Below, one piece after another: positions 33,741-45,639 of a stretch of 64,000 bases of DNA. Numbering within the stretch: the stretch's first letter is position 1; each line of letters begins with the position of its first letter. The stretch is from Macrostomum lignano. Lineage: Eukaryota. The notes under the pieces are model-generated. The model was not told the origin of the DNA. It saw only the letters and a list, made by a program, of their open reading frames with translations, and did not search any database. The DNA is taken from the NCBI GenBank assembly GCA_002269645.1, contig NIVC01003306.1, forward strand, positions 1 to 64,000. The letters are read 5' to 3'. Made by a program: the position numbers and the translations under genes.

Positions 33741-34288
33741 ATGATGCCTATCGTTTACCCGTCGCTATGGCAACCCCAAGTGACGATTAACTTGCCCTCT
33801 CTGATTTCTTGCTAAAAAATCAAAAGTGAAAGGCTGTGTGATGTACAAAACTGTATTATTGATTATCTGCTGCCCATTCACCCTTTCAGAGCCAGCCGAG
33901 GGCAGAGGTGGTCGCTCATAACCCACGGATTTGTCTGTGAGTCCCAGTGCGAGCTCAGCTGCTCGATTTTATCCACTATCAATGATGTCTATCGTTTACC
34001 CGTCGCTATGGCAACACCCAGATGACGATTAACTTGCCCTCTCTGATTAGAGCTTCATCTCATTGTGTGCATTTGTCTCTCTTGTGCTGTTGGAGCTGAT
34101 TGAAGCAAATTATTTTTTCAGGAAGAACCGCTCTGAGCTCGGTCTGGTGTGAGCAAATTGGCATTGGTGCTGAGGTGAGTCTAATGAGAATTACTTTACT
34201 ATAGAATGCTGACTTTATGCGCAAATGATGTTTATCGTTTACCCATCGCTATGGCAACCCCAAGTGACGACTAACTTGCCCTCTCTGA
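33741..34288 (+). ncRNA. snoRNA copies 15-17: 33741-33804, 33982-34046, 34225-34288
   Basis: Same boxes and guide. Confidence 0.82.
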
Positions 34289-35828
34289 TTCAATCATTTT
34301 CAATTGAATAGTTGTTTTCGTTTTCTATCGAACTGTACATTTGAAGCGATGAATTTCTAGTTTCAATTTTCACTTGTTATTTAGCCCGAAAATTAGGGTC
34401 AGTAATGCAGAGTTTAAAGGTCGCGATCGAGATTGCAGGGATTAAGGTTAGGAATACAGGAATGCAAACTCGGGAATGCAGATTTTTAAGTTTGGTAATG
34501 CAGGGATTGAATGTCGCGATTGCAGGGACCCAAGTTAGGTAATGCAGGACCCAAGTCGGGAGTGCAGGGACCCAAGAGTCGGCAGTGTAGGGATCCAAGA
34601 GTCGGGAGTGCAGGGATCCAAGAGTCGGCAGTGTAGGGATCCAAGAGTCGGGAGTGCAGGGACCCAAGAGTCGGCAGTGTAGGGATCCAAGAGTCGGGAG
34701 TGCAGGGATCCAAGAGTCGGCAGTGTAGGGATCCAAGAGTCGGGAGTGTAGGGATCCAAGAGTCGGGAGTGCAGGGATCCAAGGTCGGGAATGCAGGGAT
34801 CCATGGTCGGGAATGCACGGATCCAAGCTTAAGGAATGCAGGTATGCAAGGTTAAGGAATGCAGGGATCCAAGGTCGGGAATGCAGGGATCCATGGTCGG
34901 GAATGCACGGATCCAAGCTTAAGGAATGCAGGTATGCAAGGTTAAGGAATGCAGGGATCCAAGGTCGGGAATGCAGGGATCCATGGTCGGGAATGCACGG
35001 ATCCAAGCTTAAAGAATGCAGGTATGCAAGGTTAAGGAATGCAGGGATCCAAGGTCGGGAATGCAGGGATCCATGGTCGGGAATGCAGGTATCCAAGGTT
35101 AAGGAATGCAGGGATCCAAGGTTAAGGAATGCAGGGATCCAAGGTCGGGAATGCAGGGATCCAAGGTTAAGGAATGCAGGTATCCAAGGTTAAGGAATGC
35201 AGGGATCCAAGGTTAAGGAATGCAGGGATGCAAGGTCGGGAATGCAGGGATCCATGGTCGGGAATGCAGGTATGCAAGGTTAAGGAATGCAGGTATGCAA
35301 GGTTAAGGAATGCAGGGATCCAAGGTCGGGAATGCAGGGATCCAAGGTTAAGGAATGCAGGTATCCAAGGTTAAGGAATGCAGGGATCCAAGGTTAAGGA
35401 ATGCAGGGATGCAAGGTCGGGAATGCAGGGATCCAAGGTTAAGGAATGCAGGTATCCAAGGTTAAGGAATGCAGGGATCCAAGGTTAAGGAATGCAGGGA
35501 TGCAAGGTCGGGAATGCAGGGATCCAAGGTTAAGGAATGCAGGGATCCAAGGTTAAGGAATGCAGGGATCCAAGGTTAAGGAATGCAGGGATCCAAGGTC
35601 GGGAATGCAGGGATCCAAGGTTAAGGAATGCAGGGATCCAAGGTCTGGAATGCAGGGATCCAAGACCGTGACTGGACATTATTAAACCAACTTACCGGTG
35701 ATTTCAGCCCCAGTTGGCTGTGCTTGCAGGTCTTCAGAATCGCCACCTTAGGACTGCCACAGCCCGCACTTTCGCACGGAATTCTGCAGGTGTGTTTGAG
35801 TTTTGCGTTTCTGTGCAACGACCTCACA

Positions 35829-36376
35829 ATGATGTCTATCGTTTACCCGTCGCTATGGCAACCCCAAGTGACGACTAACTTGCCCTCTCTGATTTCTTGC
35901 TAAAAAATCAAAAGTGAAAGGCTGTGTGATGTACAAAACTGTATTATTGATTATCTGCTGCCCATTCACCCTTTCAGAGCCAGCCGAGGGCAGAGGTGGT
36001 CGCTCATAACCCACGGATTTGTCTGTGAGTCCCAGTGCGAGCTCAGCTGCTCGATTTTATCCACTATCAATGATGTCTATCGTTTACCCGTCGCTATGGC
36101 AACACCCAGATGACGATTAACTTGTCCTCTCTGATTAGAGCTTCATCTCATTGTGTGCATTTGTCTCTCTTGTGCTGTTGGAGCTGATTGAAGCAAATTA
36201 TTTTTTCAGGAAGAACCGCTCTGAGCTCGGTCTGGTGTGAGCAAATTGGCATTGGTGCTGAGGTGAGTCTAATGAGAATTACTTTACTATAGAATGCTGA
36301 CTTTATGCGCAAATGATGTTTATCGTTTACCCATCGCTATGGCAACCCCAAGTGACGACTAACTTGCCCTCTCTGA
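35829..36376 (+). ncRNA. snoRNA copies 18-20: 35829-35892, 36070-36134, 36313-36376
   Basis: Same boxes; copy 19 has the same variant as copy 10. Confidence 0.82.
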
Positions 36377-37563
36377 TTTTTTACCCTTTAGTCTAGAAAT
36401 TCCCGTTGCAGTACTTTCGAAGCAGCCTTCGTACTGAATCAGATATATTAAAAATACATTTCAGCTCCCGGCCGGTCACGTGGAACCTGGAGAAGCTGGA
36501 ATTGGTATTCGCCTCACTTTTTGTAACTGTATCGCCTAATCAGCTTGCAGAGTCCAACTTGTACTTGCATGCGTCTTTAAAATATACTTACGCTTTATGC
36601 CGTTTAGATGAGCAAAGTTTTAACCTTCAATGTCGAAAATTTCCGTTGTCTTAATTGAGTTTTATTACTTGCGAATAGGTGAGACAGGATGAGCTCTGTG
36701 GGATGTGCAATGGGCATGAACACATTAACTGTGGTTTAACTTTGTTCGCAGGTAACAAACATGAAAGCAGGATGCGCTGAAGCAAGTGCGAGTAAGATCC
36801 AAAAGCGTTAGAGAGAATGTACATGCGTATGTACTCGTGTGCATTTCCAGGTCTGCATATCGCATAAAATCATGCCTCTTTCGTCGTGAGTGTCAGTCAG
36901 CCTCCAAAGGTTTCCTAGTATCTGTTTCTCGTTCTTGTACACAACTTAATAGCTCACGCTAAAATGCATATTATGTCTGCTTTAACACGTCCCCGATGCC
37001 ACATCGGGTTACGACTATCGATTGACGATGATATTAGATTCACGGGCGTAACTAGCGCTACTGATGAAATTGACTGATGCCCTTCGTTTGCTGGTCTCCT
37101 TCGGTTCCACGATAGCTGACTGCAGTGACAATTACATACAGTGGCGAGTAACCTGAGTGAGTTGCAGGGTCAGCTACCTATTATAATATCGTACTTGCTG
37201 CCAATTGTCATTATGGAAAAGGCTCTATGGCAATACCTTACAGTCACAGCCCTAGTTAATCACTCACGACTGTAAACTCTACAGTAATATGGTGTAAAAA
37301 AGTACAAGGCTCGTTTAAAAGCATTATTCTATGGCCAAACCTTATAAAAGCTGTATTATATACTGGTATTACCTTTTGCATAGCTTTTTACAGCCCATTT
37401 GGACCTAATTTTGTGCGACTGGCGTTTATTAATGATTTTTAGTGTCTCGCAAAATGGCAATGCAAAAGAGAGGTAAAAAAAGTTTTTATTTTTCAATCTG
37501 CTATTTTTATAGTTTAGAGCATGGGGAGGTGCGCACAACGAGGCGAGTCAATCACACAATACC

Positions 37564-37923
37564 GGGGGCCGTAGCCCAGCGGTAGCGCAGCTGCTCTGGT
37601 GTGCCGCGACCCAGGCTCGATTCCAAGTGCAGCCACATTAATTTGGGGCTGGATTGGAATCTTGGCTTGGCTCGCTTGTGCAATTAACGGCCTTGAGAGC
37701 CAACCCCCCAAGGCGCAGTGAAGTGTACATGCCTAACAATTGATAAAGTTAGGGCCGCTGTACACTCCTGTGTGAGTGTGTGCCTGCGTAACGTATCCGC
37801 GCGCTTGTATGCCTGCTCAGGGGAGTCGGTGGAATGGGCAGTAATGCCTCTCGCCGGTTGTGTGCCAATGACGCTTAAATTGCGCCAGGGTGCACACAAC
37901 CCCCCTGCCTCTAAAAAAAAAAA
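37564..37923 (+). mobile_element. tRNA-derived SINE, full length
   Basis: A box TAGCCCAGCGG, B box GGCTCGATTCC, A tail, 14-bp TSD AATCACACAATACC (37550-37563 and 37922-37935). Confidence 0.9.
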
Positions 37924-38758
37924 TCACACAATACCCCACTGGCTTAAAGAGCCGGAGGGCTGGGTGCACCCACCCCCCCACCCCAGCTATGCGGGCCAGG
38001 GGGTTTGAGTACCAATTCACCAGATATCACGCTGCGTGCAGGTCTGGCCGCCACAGGTTCAATAAACTTTCCCTCGCGGCGGCTTAGTTGCGTAACTTGA
38101 GGGTTGAATTGTGAGTGAGAAGTCCTTAGTCTATGGTAAAAAGTAGTTAAAATACTTTTTACTCGTACTTACGAAAATTAATTGTTTAATGCTCTTGGCA
38201 TCAGTTTCCATTGGTTCTATGACAATTGCCTGCGCGACAACTGCCTGCGGCGACAGCTGACTGTGGAGACAACCATGACTGCTAGCTGAGCTTGTTCAGC
38301 AACTCAGAGCGCAACATCATAGTTATTATTAGTAATTAGAAGAAAATATAAATTACTAAACAGAGAAATGAAAAGCAGGTTTTAGTGTACTGAATTCAAA
38401 AGTATATGTTATTATATATTTTTTATTTAACTGTACAATTCTAAATCGACAAACTATTTGCTACTATACTACAGTACACTGGCTCACCTAGTTATTAAAT
38501 TGAACAAAAGCAACAGGGAGCACACACGCACAAACAAAGTTGTTGCCGCAGGCAGTTGTCGTGCAGGCTGTTTCGCGCAGGCAATTTTCGTGCTGCCGGT
38601 TCTACTCAAAAATGACGACTTTTTCCATAGACTACGGATTCAGATAATTGAAGGAATTAAATAAGTATTTATATTTTATATCAGTAGCTGCTGAGATATA
38701 TGATTTAACCCGAAGATCAAATCGCTAACTCAAAGCCATCCAGTTGGATTTGCAGGTC

Positions 38759-39409
38759 ATGGCTGACAAAGCCAGGCCCAACAAGGCCAGCAAGCAGACC
38801 GCGCCAGCAAGCTCTGGCAAAAGCAAGGCTGGCGCCAGTGCAAAGCAGCCGCTAGATCAACGACAGCCGCCGGATCAAAGACAGCCGACAGATAAAAAAC
38901 AGCCGCCAGATCAAAAGAATCCGCAAGATCAAAAGAAGCCGCCAGATCAAAGGCAGCCGCCGGATCAAAGACAGCCGACAGATAAAAAACAGCCGCCAGA
39001 TCAAAAGAATCCGCAAGATCAAAAGAAGCCGCCAGATCAAAGGCAGCCGCCGGATCAAAGACAGCCGACAGATCAAAGACAGCCGCCAGATAAAAAACAG
39101 CCGCCATATCAAAAGAAGCCGCCAGATCAAAGACAGCCGCCAGATCAAAAGAAGCCGCCAGATCAAAGACAGCCGCCGGATCAAAGCCAAAGGCAGCCGC
39201 CGAAGTTTCAACTGCCGAAAGCGGCCCGCCGGGAGGACATGGCAAAGTTTGGCCAGGTGAAGCTGAACCCGTCGAGGCCGTTCCAGGACTCGCGCACCTT
39301 CAGCAGCCGCCTGCACAGGGAAGGCTTCACTCCGTACGGCTGGATCCTGCCGTGCACCCTGTTCACCCCCGGAGAGGCACCGCTGAAATATTACGAGATC
39401 TTCGACTGA
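38759..39409 (+). CDS. Hypothetical 216-aa protein with about 17 QPPDQ(K/R)-type hexapeptide repeats and a unique C-terminus
   Basis: Single ORF with GC-rich codons; TTGCAG acceptor 3 nt before ATG; non-repetitive tail (FTPYGWILPC). No family recognised. Confidence 0.6.
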   Translation: MADKARPNKASKQTAPASSGKSKAGASAKQPLDQRQPPDQRQPTDKKQPPDQKNPQDQKKPPDQRQPPDQRQPTDKKQPPDQKNPQDQKKPPDQRQPPDQRQPTDQRQPPDKKQPPYQKKPPDQRQPPDQKKPPDQRQPPDQSQRQPPKFQLPKAARREDMAKFGQVKLNPSRPFQDSRTFSSRLHREGFTPYGWILPCTLFTPGEAPLKYYEIFD

Positions 39410-39972
39410 GCCGCTTCATCAGCTGGGCTCCTCAGCGTCTATGACCAACTGGCCGCGGCACTGGCAAGCGCACGACCTAGCCAGCATCTTTGATACGTTT
39501 GAAAGCATTAAACGTTCAATATTAAGTATGGCTTTTATAAATTTGACAATTGCTTTCGGAAACAGTTTGGCTGCTTGCAAATTACAATGTGAATGAATGG
39601 CCGCTGACGATTTCAATTCTGCCTTGACATTAGATACATGTACTTTACATGTACTTTATTTGTGCTGAAGAGTTCTTTTGCCCTCTATGTCAGTAGTATA
39701 GTTGGGTATTCGTTCGAAAAAATTAAAAATTGTATTCATTAATAGTTAACATTTTTATTTCAACAACTACTTAGTTTTTATCTGATGATTCGTGTATTTG
39801 ACTCACGCGCAACAGGATTAGCAATAAAGTTTTTTATCACAGAAACAAACTTGAAGATGATTGCTAATCCCGAATCCTGTTTTCGATTAGTTGTGATTGT
39901 ACATGTATTAAATTTGATACAAAATAGACATCCTAGTTTGGCGTATTCGCTAAGACAGTTTTCTATGGCATG

Positions 39973-40332
39973 TTAAAAGCCAGCCCGCCACACCGCCATG
40001 ACGTAGGGCCCGATGGAGAAATTGGCGAAGCTGCCCTTCTCGTGGATCACCTGGCTGGATTTGGGAAGAGCGGTATTGGAGCAATGAATTTGAGGATCAT
40101 CATTGAGGTAATTTGCCAGTCAGTGAACTCAGTGCCCGGACTCTCACCAGGAGTAGCTGCGCCCGATCACCACCTGCCAGCCGCTGCCCAGGCTGCTGTC
40201 CAGGCGCTGCTTGACCGCGCGGGCCATGGCCTCCTGGTTGTCCTGATTCTCGGCCGCCACGGTGCCGATCACCCCCTGGAGGTTGCGGCGCAGTTCGTCG
40301 CTGATGTCACCCTTGACGAAAGTAAGACTCAT
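39973..40332 (-). CDS. Dynein light chain LC8-like, 88 aa; exons 40332-40148 and 40054-39973
   Basis: Spliced: MARAVKQRLDSSLGSGWQVVIGRSYSC QVIHEKGSFANFSIGPYVMAVWRAGF, matching the LC8 pattern W-x-C/V-I-V-G...V-T-H-E...F-K-S-G. Phase-2 GT-AG intron. Confidence 0.85.
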
Positions 40333-42359
40333 GCTTGCTGCTGGGCTTTGAGCTCTGAGATGAACTGTTTTGCTGGACGCTTGCTCTCTGCAGCTGAGCT
40401 GGGGAGCTGCACCAGCCACTGTATTTTATACACAGACCCGCCAGGGACTCTGGGGCGCCGCGAGTCCACTCGGTGCAATCGGCTGCAGTCGCTTAGCTTC
40501 GCAATTTCCTCAGCGTTTGCAGGAGTTTAGCTGCAGCCAAGCGCCCAATGCCTGCCAGCTGCGACCCCCCCGGGCGTTGCGTATCCATTGTGCCATTGTG
40601 TCTCAGCTTGCCTGTTTGCATAGATTAAGTACAACTGAGGCCAGGTGCAGACAGACAGATGCAGTCCACTGTCTCCCAGCCAGTCAGATGCAAGGGTCAG
40701 TGCGGTCACTGTGCCAGACAACGGCGCAGTCCAGACAGTTCGGGTTCACGCGAGTGCACAGAATCAATGAAGGGACCCGAACAATTGAAAACCGAAGTAT
40801 ACGCGCGGGGCTGCAATGTGAAGTGGATTTTTTCCACCTCACTATTTTTTTCGCTAGACCCCACTCTTTGAGTCTCTACACCGCGGGTTGAATATAGTTC
40901 CATCAGCTCCCGTGAGGGACAGTGGGGCAGTGGAGGCCTCTCAAGATTTTGGCTCTTACACTACTCTTCTGCAATGGCATCTTGCTGGACACTGCAAGCT
41001 AAGATAAACTTCGAATAAAACGTGTCTGTCTTGGCAATCATGGAAGCCAATTCAAACCTACATGGGTAGTGTTGCAGGCCAGCATTGAAGAGGACGGAAG
41101 ATAAACATAATTTACAGGCTAGAAATGTGTGCACTCAGGATAAACAGATCAAACTGGTGTTTATAAAGTTTTTTCACCTTTCCAAACTGTCAAAAAGTTT
41201 GCACAGGCTGGGCCAGACACTGTAAGCGATGCGGGCATTGCGGAAATTACATGTACAGCGGCTTTTGCCTGCTGACTTACGGACTCCTGTGAAGTGTACG
41301 TGTGAGAGCGTGTGCATGCATTTATACCCATTTCCAATATTAAATGCAAAATATCAGAGTCGCGTTAAAGTCATGATTTGATGTTCTTCTTAAACGGGAG
41401 TGGAAAGCCAGGGGCTTGGCGCGGATCAGCCCGAAAGGGGGCTCTACCGCAGAGATCTGACTGGGCCATACTGCCAGGGGCATGTAGCCCGAGAGGCCAC
41501 GATTGGGACCAGAGCTCAGGACTCTGGTGAGAGCATGTGTATTGGTGCTACTAACCCAAACCTACGGTACAAGACACCGCCAACCCAATATTAGTGGAAT
41601 CAGGGACGGTACAAGGACCGAGTCCACCCAGGCCACCACCCAGCAGACAAGTCCTCGGGAGTGCGCAGAAAAAATTGGAAAAAGCGAAAAAAGCTTGGGT
41701 TACTACTGAAAGCGGTTCGAGAGCGGGGAAACCCCGAAGTCTACGGAAATGGCTTAACTATTGGAGCGAGTCTGGAAGGCTTGTGTCCGAGGGCGAGTCT
41801 CCAGGCAGGAAGACCGTCTACCGGCTACAAACCCAAGGGTATCGCCTATCCAGCTCTATATTGGAGGCCAGGCCAAGGGGGCGGGAAGGGGCACAAGGAG
41901 CAAGAGGACCCGGACTCAGCCGCGGTATTCCCGATTCGGGACGAACTCATTCCCCAGGACACCAATTGATGTTACGACAGTAAACACGAAAAGGAAGTTA
42001 ATGAATAAACACACAGATACTAAATACACTTGATAGTTCACTTAGGCCATCAAAACTACTTTCTGTTCAACGGTGCATGTATGAACGTATAAAGCAACAT
42101 TTATTTATTCAACTAACTCCACTAGTGTATTTTGATTCACTGCCCAGCCCAGTCTGACCATAGCTACAGTCGATAAAATATTTGGAAGCAGCAAAGTTGC
42201 ACGCGCGCTTGACCGTCATTTTCTCCTAATATTTTTTCTATAATCAAGACACAAAATAAAGCAAATATATGTCACTGGGGCAGAGAATATAGCAATTGCC
42301 AAGTTGGCACATAAACATAATAGCCATCAAGGGTATTTAGTATCTGTGATAGCGTAGTA

Positions 42360-43079
42360 CAGGGTGGTCCAGAAAGGTCTTCCGGATTACAAACAGAGTT
42401 TTCTCTGCACTGGATTGATGGATTGGGCTGAAACTTGACCTGCTTAAACTTTATTCTGAGTATATATATTTTTTAAAATCTTAGCAATTGCTAAAAAAAT
42501 CATAAAGTTACAGCAGTTTTTCTAAAAAAACACCATTTTCACTTACTGATGTGCACATTTCATTCCAGCTTTATGACTTACATGCTAGTTGAAAGATTTA
42601 AAATGGCATCCTGGCTGGATGAATTGAAGAGTCCACTGTTGTTCCAGCGGCGATGGTATCGTGAGTGTCTGGGGATGGGTGAAAGACAATGTCTACCGAC
42701 AGCCAGTGGACAGCCTGGATGAGCTTAAGGCACGGATAACGCAGGTAATGCCGGATATACCAGTGGACTTTGCTGTCAACAGCCTTATAATAGCTTTTAT
42801 GAAGCGCCTGCAGACTTGTATTGACAACAAAGGTCATAATGTGGAGCACTGACTAACAGCTGCATATCAGATTGTGCTAAAACCCAACTGATTTAACAAA
42901 AAAACGGTGTTTTTTAGAAAAACTGCTGTAACTTCATGATTTTTTTAGCAATTGCTAAGATTTTTAGACAAAAAAACTATTTAGAATAAAGTTTAAGCAG
43001 GTCAAGTTTCAGCCCAATCCATCAATCCAGTGCAGAGAAACTCTGTTTGTAATCCGGGAGACCTTTCTGGACCACCCTG
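42360..43079. mobile_element. Internally deleted Tc1/mariner element, 720 bp, about 180-bp TIRs
   Basis: TA|CAGGGTGGTCCAGAAAGG...CCTTTCTGGACCACCCTG|TA. Remnant C-terminus WGWVKDNVY...ELKARI...RLQTCIDNKGHNVEH at 42661-42852. Confidence 0.9.
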
Positions 43080-45290
43080 TATATTTCATTCCGAATGTAT
43101 CACAGTGTATCTGCTGTGGGTTGAGCACAGCAAACTTAAAAGTACCTAATTGATCTGATGCATGACCCGTGCTAGCAGACACTACTCTGACTTGGACTAC
43201 TGTGTTATTTGCAATTAACATTTTCATGTGCTTCGCTAGGGCCTGCAAGTGCAAAGTTGCAGGTGGGGTCTGCGATTTATCTGTCCAGCTCTCCAACCAA
43301 CGCATGCAGTTCACACTGAGAAACTATAAGCGAAAGCGAAAACTTGAATAGTTAATTTACATGTAGTTCGCATATGCATTCAGCAGGTTCATCGGCACCT
43401 TGCGCTTTTATGACACAGTTCGGCTCTGGCAGTCCCCAGATATCGCATGGACACATTTTGCTGGCAATTCGCATGGGCCAGCTTGATATTCTGTTTTGGC
43501 ATGGGTCGAGGGTCGCTGGGTCAGATAAGACCTGCTACATGTACATGTACATGTATATTATTATTATAACCCGTTTGCTCTGTGACGCACAACCATTTCG
43601 CTATAAACATGTACGCGCACTGGGCAAGCTCTTCAGAATGCCCTAACCGTTGAAGATCAATATGGAGTAAGCAAATGTTTTATGTCTTACATGTTCTGTA
43701 GAAGAGTTAATTGCTTCACATTTTGCAGCCTCGATGGGAAGCTAACCGAATCTACATGGCTGGTGCAGAATGCTGGTTTTTTGTTATTCTTTCCAATACA
43801 GAATTTATATCAATGTGGTAACATTTAAACACCAAGATCGAATGTATTCTATAGACATCTCATCGCAGCGAGTCACATTTAACCTTCAACTGCTTCAATA
43901 CAATATGGCTGACTAGGTGTAGCTTCACTTATGCATAACTTTTCATGGCTTTCCATGGAAAGAGTCGACGTACAGTACACAGATCTGTGTAAGCTTTGTA
44001 TATCAGTGCTGTGATTTGATAGCGGTGCTATGCAAGCTGCACCATCATGTACTTTATAATCTGGCACTCAATTGATAGATACGGGTCCACAGGCATAAAA
44101 ATCCCCCAGGTCAGGAGGCTTATGTACGAGTCACCCGGGACACTCGGCAGAGGGTTTTGTATGGCGCCAGGTGACCCCAGCCGAAGCGTCTGTGTTGTGT
44201 TGCCGCCACTGAAGGTGTTCAACCGGACGCGATCCAAGTCTGCCATTCAGCAGTCAGCAGTCCAGGCGCTTCTATGACATGTGCACCTACACCGACAACC
44301 TCAAGGTCGACCTGTTGCTGTGCTTTGCTAATGTTTTGAACTGTTTTGATTGATTCAGTGTGCAGTGTGACCAGCTCTAGGCCAGCCGGCCTCAATGCAC
44401 AATTAGGACAATAACGAAGCTGAGGTTTGAGGGCCGAGCCAGCAACCTGCTGTAAACGTGTGCCACATAAAAGCCTCGCCCAGCAAATGCTTTGGGGGTG
44501 GCCCGGGAGTTGAAGGTTGCCTAAATGTAACTAAACGGCAAAAGAGAGAAACTGCTCAAGCGCTAACCCTACCGCTAAAACCATATAGGTATTAATTAAT
44601 TGCTTTGCATTGTACCTATGCGTTCTCGTTAACTACATGTACATGATCTTTGAGTTTACGTCCTACCCTGTTACTACAGTGGTCCTTGACTCGTATATGC
44701 ATGTACACGCGGAAAAGAGCGCCGATTATGATCATGTGATGAGATTGCTTGTACTAATTTTATAATACTGTACATATGTTGTAATTAAAGCATTACTCTC
44801 TCGTCCATCAAGTGAAGAGAAAGAATTGCAAGAAACAAAAAAACACAAAAAGAAAAGAAGAAAACGAAAAAGGTAGTACGAGGGTAGCAGGTAAGGTAGG
44901 AGAGAACTAAGCCGCTCGGCAGGTGTAAATGGAAGAGCTTGCGCCAGGGACTACTCAGTATTCGGGACGGGAAACTAAAAAAGTTGGAGGCCGATATATT
45001 AATAATTTAGTCTCGAAAAGCATTACTTATACGACACGAGCTAGATAGGTTTTAGCAATTGTAGTCAGTGAGTTTGCGTCTGTGGTAAAAACCTATCCAT
45101 GAAATCCAAGAAATCCAAGACTAAGTTATTAATTAAATACATCAGCCTCCAACTTCGTAATTTCCCGTCCTATTTATTGAGTATTCCCAGCTGGATTGCG
45201 CATGTTTGAGAGCGTGTGTGTAATGGGTGGCATGCCCGCGTCGATCCGTGCGCTCGTACACTCAACAACATGACAAAACTTCAACCCGAA

Positions 45291-45639
45291 GGGGGCCGTG
45301 GCCCAGCGGTAGCGCAGCTGCTCTGGTGTGCCAGCGACCCAGGCTCGATTCCAAGTGCAGTCACATTAATCTCGGCTTGGCTCTGCTCGTGCAATTAACG
45401 GCCTTGAGAGCCAACCCCCCAAGGCGCAGTGAAGTGTACATGCCTAACGATAATATAAAGTTAGGGCCGCTGTACACTCCTGTGTGAGTGTGTGCCTGCG
45501 TACGTATCCGCGCGCTTGTGTGCCTGCTCAGGGGAGTCGGCGGAATGGGCAGTAATGCCTCTCGCCGGTTGTGTGCCTATGTTGCTTAAAGTGCGCCAGG
45601 GTGCACACAACCCCCTGCCTTTAATAAAAAAAATAAAAG
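45291..45639 (+). mobile_element. tRNA-derived SINE, full length
   Basis: Same head and body as 37564; 12-bp TSD CTTCAACCCGAA (45279-45290 and 45640-45651). Confidence 0.9.

Larger units (their letters stand above)
24460..36376 (+). ncRNA. Non-coding multi-exon snoRNA host gene with 20 intronic copies of one C/D snoRNA
   Basis: About 50-nt exons with canonical ends alternate with the conserved element, e.g. 24729-24779 (GACAG|...|GTGAGT) and 25481-25533 (TTTTCAG|...|GTGAGT). Splicing exons 1-3 gives TAG after about 38 codons. Ends approximate. Confidence 0.7.
25245..36376. repeat. Higher-order tandem repeat of about 2.0-2.5 kb: 3 snoRNA introns plus a GGATCC-rich 22-24-bp minisatellite block
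   Basis: Equivalent C boxes at 27595, 29638, 31612, 33741, 35829. Minisatellite blocks at about 25850-27430, 28345-29473, 30388-31447, 32362-33576, 34491-35664. Confidence 0.95.

Noticed and set aside
25736-35374. Many ORFs such as MDPCIPDHGS and MHGSKLKECR
   Set aside because: Translations of the minisatellite in several frames and both strands.
24578-36376. CRISPR-like repeat-spacer appearance
   Set aside because: Repeats are 64 nt, spacers are ~180 nt with splice sites and are themselves duplicated, there are no cas genes, and the context is eukaryotic. C/D boxes and rRNA complementarity explain it.
41400-42033. GC-rich block with short overlapping ORFs, loosely similar in style to 5560-6090 and 58200-58360
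   Set aside because: Possibly decayed retroelement ends, but shared words are too short to call.
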